A stretch of 64,000 bases of DNA from Sphagnum compactum. Taxonomy: Eukaryota. Of this stretch, positions 1-11,345 are shown piece by piece. The stretch spans positions 3,224,001 to 3,288,000 of the forward strand of contig OZ234493.1 in assembly GCA_965153455.1 (NCBI GenBank), read 5' to 3'. Position 1 is the stretch's first letter. Each line of letters opens with the position of its first letter. Below the pieces are notes generated by a model. The model was not told the DNA's origin and searched no databases. It was given only the letters and a program-made list of their open reading frames with translations. The translations under genes and the position numbers were made by a program.

Positions 1-179
1 AGTCATGATATCGACTATAGTTGCAAAATGATAATGCCATGTGGCAGCACAATGTCTTTTATAACTACATAGTCATTAACATGAACTTGTAGTTATAATT
101 GTAGTAAAAAAAAAATAGTTGTTTTATTAACCGGTTGTAAAACCTAAAATGTGTTGTTGGGGTTTTTTTAGGCACCATT

Positions 180-1260
180 GAGCTACTCTTGGCACCAAAA
201 GTAGCTCGGTTGTGCATAAAGAACGTGAGTTCAAGCTTAGGTCCGATTTTGAATTCGAACTTGAACTTGGGTTTTTTATGTTTTTTGGTTATAGACCTTT
301 CCAAACTATTCTTGGCATTAAGAGTAGCTCGGTGATGTAAGAACTCGAACTTGAGCTCGAGATTTTTTCTTTTGTCTTAATTTGTGTTTTTGTTTTTGTT
401 TTTTGCAAGTGTCATTGAGTTATTTTCGACACCAAGAATAGTTTTATTGCGCATGAGGAACCCAAGCTCAAGTTTGAGTTTTTTTTGCTACAAAGGTTGT
501 TGAGCTACTCTCAACATCGAGAGTAGCTCAATGATGTAAGAACTTGACCTCAAGCTTGGGTCCCAAATTGCACCCGAACTTGAGCGTAGGTTTTTTGTTT
601 TATTTTTATTTTTTATGTTCTTATTTTTGCAAGTGTCACCAAGCTACTCTTGACACCAAATTAAAGTAACTCAGTTGCACATGACAAACTTGAGTTCAAG
701 CTCAAGTGTTTTTTTTCTTTAAATTAATTTTTATTCTTATTGTAGACCTTGCCAAGCAAGAATTGACATCAAGAATAGGTTGACAATGCAAGAAAAACCT
801 GAGCTTGAATTTGAGTATTTTGTTTTTTGTTTTTCATTGTTTTTGCTTTCTTGTTTTCATAAGCATTATCGAACTACTCTTGATGCCGAAAGTAGCTTAC
901 TTGCGCTTGACAAACTTAAGCTTAAGTTTGATTTTGATTTAGGACTCAAGATTAAGCTTGGGTTTTTTGTTTTTTGTTTATTTGGTTTTTTTTTTTACAA
1001 GTGTTGTTGAACTATTCTCGATGCCGAGAGTAGCTGGTTGCACATGGGGAATTCGAACTCAAGCTTGGGTCTAATTTTGGACCCAAATTCGAACTCAGGC
1101 TTTTTCCCAAATTTTTTTGTTGGAAATATTGTTGGGCTATTTGGCCCAGTGCAAGATGATCTTGAGACATGAAGCTTGTGTTTTATTTTGAACCTAAGCT
1201 TGAACTTGAATTTTTTGCTTTTATTTTTTTTGGTTTTTTGTATTTTGTAGGTCTAAGTTC
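180..1260. repeat. Degenerate tandem array of ~85-140 bp units, each with a ~28-bp palindrome (GAGCTACTCTYGRCAYCRARAGTAGCTC), a second GAGCTC/AAGCTT-rich element and a T-tract
   Basis: Palindrome copies read at 180-207, 303-330, 417-444, 502-529, 641-672, ~754-782 (decayed), 871-898 and 1009-1036. The sequences between them are related (gaacttgagctcaagcttgggtcc-like). Confidence 0.85.
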
Positions 1261-1455
1261 GAATATGATTATAGTTTCCGCTTCCTTCCAAAGTAGTAGT
1301 CTAATAATTTTCGATTTGTTTTATAAGAACAAGTGAAAGAATCATTCACCATGGCCCCCGCAAGTGAAACAATGGAGGTCAATGTTCAAACATCACATTA
1401 ATTAATTTACATTTTCAATTTGCTTGTTAGGTATTGATTCATTTTTTCTTTCAAG

Positions 1456-4400
1456 GTTCACAAGTTTCAGAGGCTCCCCAACCCGTGGATAACATGTCCA
1501 TTGATAGGACTATCTAAACTGTCCAACAACAAAAGTTTAATTCGACTAAAATCCTTACAAGATGTTTTCGAGGAGGAAAGCACAGATGAACATCCCCGTG
1601 TGCAAGACGATTTCCATGCCTATTGTGCATCTTGCTTTCAAAATAAATGTTTTGAAAATGGAGTAGACATTTCAAAGTGGATACTATGAGGGAGATAAAA
1701 CATTTTATGTATTTACCCTGAATTGGAAGGGAGAGGAGGCATTTCTTGATTCTTATGTTGATTATTGGAATGCCCATTGGCATTCTGAAACGAGAAATTT
1801 GAGAACCTCATTCTTGGAGATCTAGATCCCAAGTTTTTTTCAAAGTGGATGTTTTTTGTGTGGGATGGCAACCATAGGCTGTAGGCCTGGTTGCCTTACA
1901 TCCAATGTGTGCACAATGAGGATCTTGAATGGCATTACTCAGTGGGTTTTAATTTGTTCGATACCTCACATAGTCTTGTTGAGCTCCTCATAGCCATGAC
2001 AAACCTAAGTAAGTTAATTTCCACCCTTCAATGATGTGTTGAACTTTTAATGGCATTCAAGTACGTTCTCTTTCAAAGCTTTGATGTTCTTAATTCCATG
2101 AAATGAATTCCTTCCTTGTTCCCAAATTCATGGAGTTTGATCATGTGCATCCAAGCCTTATGCATGAAATTTTCCACATCCAATCCATTAGCATCATTCT
2201 TCTAGAGCTATTCCAGAATGTTTTCTTAATGGATGTTTTCAAGAAATGCCAAAATAAATCGCACAAGACCTGGCATTCCTTTACATTTGAGACTTTTTTT
2301 TATTACATGTACAAGATTTGTAATCTTCTTTTCCCCATCCTTCACTGGGGAGTCCCCTCATTTCATCTTCTTATTTTTTTAGTGTTTGTTTCATTTGTTT
2401 CGTTTCTTTTCTTCTTCTTGCAAGGGGAGATCTTTTTAGTTGCTAATGTGGTAGTCAAGCTCTACTATGAAGAAATTCCTAACCCCGCAAAAAGGTCCAC
2501 AACCAATCTTCAAGAACACATGGAGAAGGCTATGGAGTAAGTTTGGAAGGACCGTCATTTGGCTTTCTACAAGCACCTTCCAGTTTGTGACCCAGCTCTT
2601 GGTCCATATTTCCTCAAGGAGATTCAAATTCATTATGACATAAATTTAGAGCTCGAAATGCTCACAAAAAAGCTTCAAATGTTGGCATACTCTTGTGTGA
2701 GTCCGTAGTAAAAACTCTTCTAATTCAAGCAAAGCAATAAGTCCTTTGTGCTTAGGGAGGCAAGGAAATTCCCCAAGCAAGGATTCTCAAACCAACGATT
2801 TGACAATTGGCTCCACAAGGCCACTTTTTGGCACTAGGTATTATTTCTTCCTCTATCTTGCATGCTTTGTTGTAACTTTGTCATTATTAGTTGTTGATCC
2901 ATTTAATTGTTTCATGCAATTGGAGGTTGAAGCTTTCAAGCAAGTTATGTCACTACAATCACAGATCTTGGATTGAGTGAATGGGATCTTCCAGAGATTA
3001 TCTCGCTTGCATCTTACATTCAAGAATGGTGGCAAACTATTTGGGAGATCTATTTTTTTGTGAGTTTAAGCCACCTAGGGACGACATGCGGAAAAACAAA
3101 TCACGGGAATAACAAATAGGAGGGAAGGAGGCTTTAAAATGAATGCTCCATAGGTCTACCATTTTGTTCCTTCTTCTATTACATCCATTATTCCCCTACT
3201 CTCAGTGCTAAGAGTAGAGGATGAAGAATAGTTCAGAATTCCAATCTTTTATTGCAACCTTCTTTTTTGTTTTTTGTAGGTACTTCTATCATGTCCTTCT
3301 TCCCATGGGAGCCATTGTCCAACTTCCCCTCCTCTTTGAGATTTGGCATGATCCTAAAATGAATAGGCGCACCATGTTTCATAAGGACCTTCTCAAGGAC
3401 TAGAGCTTCTCGAACCTTATTGATTACGGTTGGTATTTAAATTGTTTGAAGGACAACACTATAGTTTCAAAGTTTTCATTATGTTCTCAGAGTTCTCATT
3501 AGAGTTCTTTCCCCAAGAAATTTTACAAACTTCTGCAAGCATTCATATGTAGGAAATGAAGAAGGGGTCTACTTTGGAAGAAAAAAAATAAATTTGACAA
3601 AGCTAGACCTAGTTAGTGCACTGAATCTAGCAAGGAGATTTGCTTCAATGCAACTCTAACTTCTATTGTTGATTTGAATATTTCGGAATAGATCATTGAC
3701 TCCATGCCACCTTAGTTGGGTGGCCCTTTTTCTTCTCCATTTGGCATGCCGAACTCAAATTTTGAAAGCATGTGCCCAACTTGATTCACCGTCGTTCACC
3801 CAACTCCCCTTGTATTTCCACCTTTTAGGCCCCCTAGATAACATTATACTACTTTTCCATTGTCCTATTGATGAATTTCCAAGGAGATGGTTGATTCTAA
3901 AAAATGGCAGCAAGCATTTGAGAAGATTTTTATGTTCATTCATGAGGTCAGCCTATTTCAATGCATGCCACCTTTTTGTGATATTTTCCATTTCCCAATT
4001 GTATGTTGATTCTTGTATCTACCCACTTGTGTGCAAATCAATCCTAAGGACAAGGTGAACCATGTTCTTGTTGAGGGAACATTCTTGTTCCTTTGTTCTC
4101 CATAGAAATCCCCCTTTGGAACAAGTGAAGGGAAGATTGGATAATATCAATTTTTGATTTTGTACAAAAAAAAATTTGATTCTTGATGGGGATGTGCTTC
4201 TGTTCCACCCAAATGATCTTCAAGTTCTCAAGGAGATCAAGTCCTATTTGGAGAGCTATAATTTTCATATTTGCATGAAGTGGATGCTAATCAATTCTCT
4301 CCCAGTTGTAAGCTTTGAGGACCCCTCCTTGAAGGTATGAACTCCCATATTTTCTCTTCTTTCTTTGCATTCATATTCAAACATCCTTTTCTCAAATATT

Positions 4401-5008
4401 GTTTTTTAGAATGTTGTAGACCTTTGTGGGTTGGGTGACTTTTCTGGTTAGGGTTGTCAATCCCTCATCCTTTGCAATGAACTCGTTTCATTTTTCCCTT
4501 CCTTCTAAACATTTCCTGCAAAAAGGTATCAATGTTTTTGAAGAGGATGTCCTTTACAATTGGACGGACCATGTCCTCCATGTCTATGTCCAAGACTGGA
4601 AAGCCATTTTGAACGGCCAAGGAGCTCCATCCACTCACTCTCTAGGCCCTCATTTAAGTGTGTTCCAAAATAGGATCTTTATTGCCGACTTGTTTGCATC
4701 CCCAGGTAAAACATGGACTTGGGAGAGGGGACATAGCAAACTTGTTATGTCCTCCCAATCTCATGTTTTGTTTGTTTGTTGTTACTTTTGGTTTTCATTC
4801 ACATTTTTTTTGTAGGCAATAACATCAAGGCATGCCATGCCTTTCACCATCATATTTTGGCTCTAGAGCTAGACATGGACATCTTCACTAAGTTCTAGAA
4901 CCCCTGGTTTTTGTTCCCATCCTTGAGGCAACCTGCCTAATTGTTAACATTGATGATGAAAATTCCCTAGTGAAAAGGCAACCAAGGAGAATCTTGGATT
5001 GTGAGTAA
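1456..5008 (+). pseudogene. Decayed spliced gene: ParB/Srx-like N-terminal domain plus C-terminal beta-class (N4C/N6A-type) DNA methyltransferase domain
   Basis: From 1586: MNIPVCKTISMPIVHLAFKINVLKME*TFQSGYYEGDKTFYV...WNAHWHSE. From 1801: ENLILGDLDPKFFSKWMFFVWDGNHRL*AWLPYI. At ~4100-4335: IPLWNK*REDWIISIFDFVQKK/NLILDGDVLLFHP. At 4586-4705: GKPF*TAKELHPLTL*ALI*VCSKIGS/IADLFASPG. A GT-AG intron (4706-4815) is followed by GNNIKACHAFHHHILALELDMDIF. Many stops and frameshifts; both ends approximate. Confidence 0.7.
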
Positions 5009-5770
5009 GTTTGCTTCTATTTATTTTTTTCTATTTCAATTTCTTGCTCTTCCATCTTCCTTCCTTCAAGTCCTTATGCTATGGACTTGTTTTCAAATGC
5101 AAAGGTGTCCCCAAAATGCTACCTTTTTTTGTAATAAAGGATTTCAACTCTAGTCCCCCAAAGGACTTTTTATTACCTTCATATGTTGAAGCTCAAGCCT
5201 AAGTCTTTGCTTCCGAGGTTTCACCACCTAAGGTTAAGAATCCTTTTTTGTATGATCATGTAGTCATAACTTCATAGATGATGAGGCATTGGAGTGAGAT
5301 AGGTCATCTATTGTTGAACTCTGGGGTGGACCGCTTTGGCATGAGCCTTTGTGTGGTCTTCAGATCGGGTGGAGAGCTCTAATAAAGAAGTAATTTTCTC
5401 TTTTAAATTCTTATGTTACATTTTTTTGTATGACATTTTTTACTTTTCTTGCCCCTTTCCCATCATCGCGATTCCAATGTGAAGTTTTTACTTTCCGACA
5501 TATATTATCCATTGGAAATATCTAACATTCTTTATATTACAACATTCTCTGATTCACACATGTGGCCCTACTAATTACATGTGTAAATGAATATAATAGT
5601 TTCCAATGAATATTTATGGGAAAATGGCACTATTCGAAAAAAATCAAATACAGCCCATGTTTGGTGTTACACGGACATAATATTTAGTTTCCAAAAGGAT
5701 GAATGTTTGAAAGCATATGATTAATCAATTATGGACTTACATTTTTTTCAAATTTTGTGTTTCTATTTTT

Positions 5771-6280
5771 ATCACCCACTTTTCACCTATTCTTGGTGCC
5801 GAAAGTAGAGGATCGAAAATTGTTGAATTATCCAAGTAGGTTACTTAATGTCTCACTTTTCACAAGGAGTTAGGGATAGCAAATTGTTGGCCAACTTTGA
5901 GTTTTTTTTGGTGGCAATTTGGCCCAAAGTTTTTAATGAATGCTAGAACTTTGAAGTTAGGATATTAGTTTATCCAAAAATTTTGGCTCTTGGGGTTTAA
6001 TTTGCAAAATAATTAAAATTTGAAAACATACTCAATTCACGAATTCAAATTTTGGTTTAAAAATTTTCTCAAATTATGATTGAAAAGATTGCAATAATTC
6101 CTTACTACATAATGGCCAATGTGTATCATCCTATGTCTTTGTTATTTTCATCACCCAATTTTCCCCTATTCGCGGTGCCGAGAGTAGAGGATCAAAACTT
6201 GTTGAAGTGTCCAAGTAAGTTAGTTAAGGTCTCGTTTTACACTAGGAGTCAGGGATAGAAATCCTTGGGGCCAACTTTGA
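5771..6280. repeat. Diverged ~130-bp direct repeat (5771-5900 and 6150-6280), each copy carrying the same palindrome as the array at 180-1260
   Basis: atcacccacttttcacctattcttggtgccgaaagtagaggatc...ggccaactttga versus atcacccaattttcccctattcgcggtgccgagagtagaggatc...ggccaactttga. Confidence 0.85.
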
Positions 6281-9200
6281 ACTTTGGTTTATAAAATGTT
6301 CTACACGTTATGCTACTACTTCTTCTTCTTATTATCACCGGTATCATCTTTATCTATGTTGGACATACTAAGTAGTGTCAACTTCTCTAGGTGTGTTACT
6401 TGCATCATTGGAATTTGTTTTTGTCCTTGGTGATGTTGGTTTCATGCCTTCCTATTCTTCATCTATCATGACATCTTCAAAACATATTGTTTCTAGCATG
6501 TTGTTTTCTTCTTCGTCATCCAATATCGTCATTCTGCCACATGTGCATGATTTAGAATCCTCTTCCTCCACCTCGCTGCTAGTTGTATTAGCCTCCACCA
6601 ATTGGTCCATTACCACGGAGTGTGAAAGTATTGGTGTTTCATATGGATCATTTTTTTCATTTGAATCGTTTCTTGTCCATTTTTAAAAAAATGATTGAAT
6701 CGTTTTTTTTTTGGGGTTCTTGGAATTCAAACAAGTAATCACATTATTGATAAAATCGTGTTATGAAATTTTTATTTGTTGAGTTTGTTGGCCATGGATT
6801 GTCTTTAGGTGGTTACGGCAAGTTGTTTAGAAACTCCAATAAACATTTTGAACATTGTCCCATATATTTTGTAATCTTGCAAGTGGTTAGTAGATGCCTA
6901 ATATCCAACCTCTGCATGGAACTCTGCATTTACACTCTTTAGCCTTTTTTTTTCTACAAAAGGGTACAAATTCAAATTTGATGGTGTTTGACAAAAGTGC
7001 CATGGATATGGATATCGTGACATGATGCAATGAAAAAGTTCTATCCTAGGTTTTTTTTATAAAACCTTTCAACCTCAAAATAAACACTAGATTGAATGCA
7101 CATAATAACCCATTTTAGGAATGGGTTGGTGACATATTTGTAATTGTCCACTCAAATTTTTCATTTAAATTTAGCTTGACAACCATTGGTTTTGAATGGA
7201 CCATTTGGTTGGTAGTGGTGAGTTTAAAACAATAGCACATGCCAAAACAATTCCTAATGACAGAATAGTTGCATGTGTTTCAACAACCACAAAATCATAC
7301 ACTTGCTCATAATAATCATTTATTGCTCCGATTTGATATTTTCAATGGTTGTTTGCCTCAACAATCACTACAAATTTGTTCAGCATGCAATTTCAATATT
7401 CAAGTTCAACCCTCCTTTTATTTCTTTTTTCACAATTGAATATTTCCTTTTGAGGTCACATACTTTGAACAAATATTCATATTAACATGTGTATTGAACC
7501 ACAATTTAATGCAAATAATGGGGTTTTGGTTCCTTTTTCATTTTTTGACACATTTTCATATTCGACTATCGTACACCTCTTGTGATTTTGGGGATGACCT
7601 TATCATCTAACTATTCACTAAATGTTTTAACATTTTGTTCTTTAATTTTTGTGGCACCTAGGTTCGCTTGCCTAGAGTTGCATATAATCATTTTTGGGGT
7701 TTCATGAATTATGTTGGTAGCAAGTTGCCAAGGGTTACCAAATCCTATGTTGACAAATCATTCAATAAGCATGTGAAAAAATGTTTGGATTCAATTTCTT
7801 CATATTTGTGCATTTTTTGAAGAAATCCATGGCATGTGTAAACATCGCCCAATTGTAGTTTTCCATATCCTCCTTGGAAATGTTTATAGTCTGTTTGAAC
7901 AATGCAAGATTTTTTTTGTTCATTTTTGCATTTGCCCATCACCATGTCGCCCATTCATATGTTTCATCAATTTTCCTTTTCCATTTTGTTCACCATGTTT
8001 TGATTTCTAGTAGTTACCAAAAGGGGACTAGCTAGGTGTCATTTGTTGGATATTCCAAGGATTTTTTTGTCATCTCACATATTCTATTGAGTATGCTGGA
8101 AATTAATGTATCTTCAATCATAGATTCCAAGGTGTTTAGTTTGACAATTGGTGTCTATTTGCTTCTTGCCTTTGTAGAATAGAAATTTAATAATTGTAAA
8201 CATGTGGTAGAAGTAAAAAGGATGCAACTAGGCAGTAAGGGTGGAGTAAATGCAAATTTAGATATAGATCATGCAAATTAGTAGTAGAGGGGGGAAAGAA
8301 TGCAATTTGATTATATAATTAACAAGAATGGTCCTAGATGCAAGAGGTTGAAAAGATGCATGAAAATTAAAAAAATCATTAAATGGTGGTATAGACAATG
8401 TAAAATATCATCAATTATCTCATATTGTTTCAATTTCTAATGGGCACATGCCTTTTGGTTGTGAATAGGTAGTGTTTGGATTGGCACATACCTCTTGGTG
8501 GGTCAATAGGTTTATATGCCACATTCTATATGGTTTAAATGTTCCAAAACTTAATATATATCATAAATGACTAATAGTTTTATTGAAGATTATTCAACTA
8601 ATTTTTTAGATTTTTTAGGAAAACTGAGCATATATGTGTGTGTATGTATGTATTAGAATTAATTCTCAAAAGTTTAGGATCCATGGTCATAAATTAGAAC
8701 TAGTTTTTTTTTTTTGAAACCTGTCGATCATCTATGTGCCTTTATGATAAACTGTCCAACCTGGGTTTATCAGGGACATGCAATTTTGTACCACAATTTG
8801 GCAATTTGGCTCTAACAAACAACAACAAATAAATGATATGTTTATGCCACGGTACTTGCTAAAAACATGATGTGGGTGTGAAACTGGCATGGGGACTTAT
8901 TGTCTTCTCTTAATTTTTTTGTCATTGGACTTGTTGCAAAAGTATGGAACTCTAGACATCGTCATGCCAAAGGCATCTGAAGTACCATTAAACATTGTGA
9001 TGAATAAGACATGGGACAAAAAACTTATCTATGAGTTTGTTTATGATTCTTGATCTTGTAATTTTTTAGTTCAATTTCTTTTTGTTGGATCTCCATGGTT
9101 CCTTTTGAGTATACAATACAAGTTAGTGAAAATTATTGTCCTTATTTAAGAGGACAAATTACTTATACTCATGGTGTTTGCACATGTAGCTTATTCCTTA

Positions 9201-9794
9201 AGAATGAGAGGGATAATATGCCTATTTTTAGGTGTAAGACCCCTCCCACTATTTGGTCTCATGATCTACATATTTTTAGTTCATGAACACATTCCTCTCA
9301 TTTTTTGCAATGGGTAAAGTCCAAATGTGAGAAACATTCCCAATACATAGTGTGAGATGTAGCTATTACCTTGGCCTACACCTCTTTGGGTAAAGCCCAA
9401 GGGTGGGCAACATTCCCAAAATATACTTCATATTAAGCTAATATATAGTATGACTTGAAGTATGACTAAACAACATTTCATGTGTCAATTTTTTTTAAAA
9501 AAATCAATATAAAATTTTCCATCTTTTTTCTTTTGTTTAGTTTTCACCCCAAAAAAAAGATTGCCAATGCTCAAGAAAAAGTTCATCCAATTTCATTCTC
9601 ATCCACATTTTCATCTTGAAATGTCATTCATCCATGAACACGTGGTAAAATCCACATCATCATATATTATGTCCCATGTGTCAAATAATATTCTCCAAAT
9701 ATTCCATCAACATCAACAAAATATTCCAAAAAAGATTCTATCGTGCTCACCTACTCACTGCTCACACTCACACATTCACGAAATAACATCCCTC

Positions 9795-10450
9795 CATTAA
9801 TGTTGTCTTTTCAATAATGTAAAGTTCACAAAATGTTGGCAATGATGCTAAACCCATGTTCCAAAGGGCTAGGGCTATTCATTGAAGGAAAGAACATTAC
9901 AAATTGTAGGTGAATATGATTAGCACATGTTGTTTCCACTCTGGGTACATGCATTTTAATTTTTAAACCCAAGTGCTACAAGTAAAAGAGCTCTTAGTTG
10001 TACATAAAATAATATTGAAGGGGCATCACTATATCATTTCATGGAAAGATGAGGAGATGACATTAATGGTCACAAAACAATTAAATCGTTTCAAAATCAA
10101 GAAAGTCGGTGAAAAGGAATGCAAGGATCTTTTTGAATAGTGACAAAATCATGAATTGTATTTTTTATGTGTTGGGTTTGTGTCAAGACAAAATTTGGGG
10201 ATTATTGGGTCATTGATTGAAGTAGAAAGAGTTTTCAACATAATGCCCATATTTGCATAAATCTTCAATGCTCTTGTTTGGGGATAGAAACTCTTGAACT
10301 ACAAGTATAAGCATTTACAAAAATTGGCTAAAAGATGTTCATATGAGTTGTGCATTATCCATGGATGAATTCGACAATATGGAAAAACCCTTCAAGAGGA
10401 AAATGAAGATGTCATGGTAAAATTGGCCTTCTAAAGTTGGAAGAGGACAA
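9795..10450 (+). mobile_element. hAT-superfamily transposase remnant including the C-terminal dimerisation domain
   Basis: From ~9833: MLAMMLNPCSKGLGL, matching the hAT LDPRFK region. From 10081: LNRFKIKKVGEKECKDLFE**QNHELYFLCVGFVSRQNLGIIGSLIEVERVFN...IYKNW, matching the hAT DPLxWW..FP..AR..L...S...ERxFS pattern. Disrupted; no TIRs identified. Confidence 0.75.
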
Positions 10451-10899
10451 CATCAAATTTTGGGTATATTCTTTGTTGCCTTATTGATTTTTTACAAGTT
10501 CCATAAGTTTCTATTTTCAAGTTTCATTTTTTAATTAAGAGAGACACAACATAGCCAACATAATATTATTTTTTGTAAAATTGCAAGGGTTGATGGTGTT
10601 TGTTAGATTACAAGGAATCATGGTCTTTTTACTAGAAAAATTAGTCAATGTTTTTTCACTTTAGTCTTTTTGCCCCCCCTTGTTCCAGTAATGAGCAAAG
10701 TGGACAAGCTATTTTGAACCTGTTCATTTTGACTATTGTTTTTTGTACTATTGTTTTGAGCATTGTCAATATGTTAAAAAAAATTGTCAGTTTTAAATAG
10801 TGATTTTTTGGGCCAAAAATGAAATAAAATTGTTTCATTAAAAATATTAATATTTATTTTAAAACAATTTTGATAGTCGTTTATTAATGCAAGTTAGGT

Positions 10900-11345
10900 A
10901 AATAAGTAATAGGTAGGTTGAAAGTAAGTAAGTAGGTAGGTAGCCTGCCTATTAACCTACCTACCTTAACCTACTTATCTACCATATTATATGTTACCCA
11001 ACTTAGTTTAAACTAACCTAATTAACTAGGCATGTGAATAGGTTGCAAATATTAAAAGTTGAACCCTTCACCTCCATGAAAATAAACTAAGTCCTTAAAC
11101 AATGGATCATAACCCCAAAAGATAATTTTTTTGTCAATTTATTCATTTGACATTCTTATTCCAATTCATGGTACATAAATAAGTGTGGGTAGGTGATAGG
11201 TAGGTTAGGCTAGATAAGTAGGTTGGGGGGGGTAATTATTTAGGCTAGGTTTACCCCACCTATCCACCCACCCACCTACATATTTAACCTATTAAACCTA
11301 AGTAGGTAGGTTAGGCCTTGTGAGTAGGCTAAATAGGTTAGGTTA
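10900..11345. repeat. Low-complexity TAGG/CCTA-rich repeat in both orientations
   Basis: Runs such as aggtaggttgaaagtaagtaagtaggtaggtag and ctgcctattaacctacctacc; probably a non-autonomous element relic. Confidence 0.55.

Noticed and set aside
180-1036. Palindromic repeats with spacers resembling a CRISPR array
   Set aside because: The spacers are related to each other and vary from about 55 to 110 bp, the repeats are degenerate, no cas genes are present, and the context is eukaryotic.
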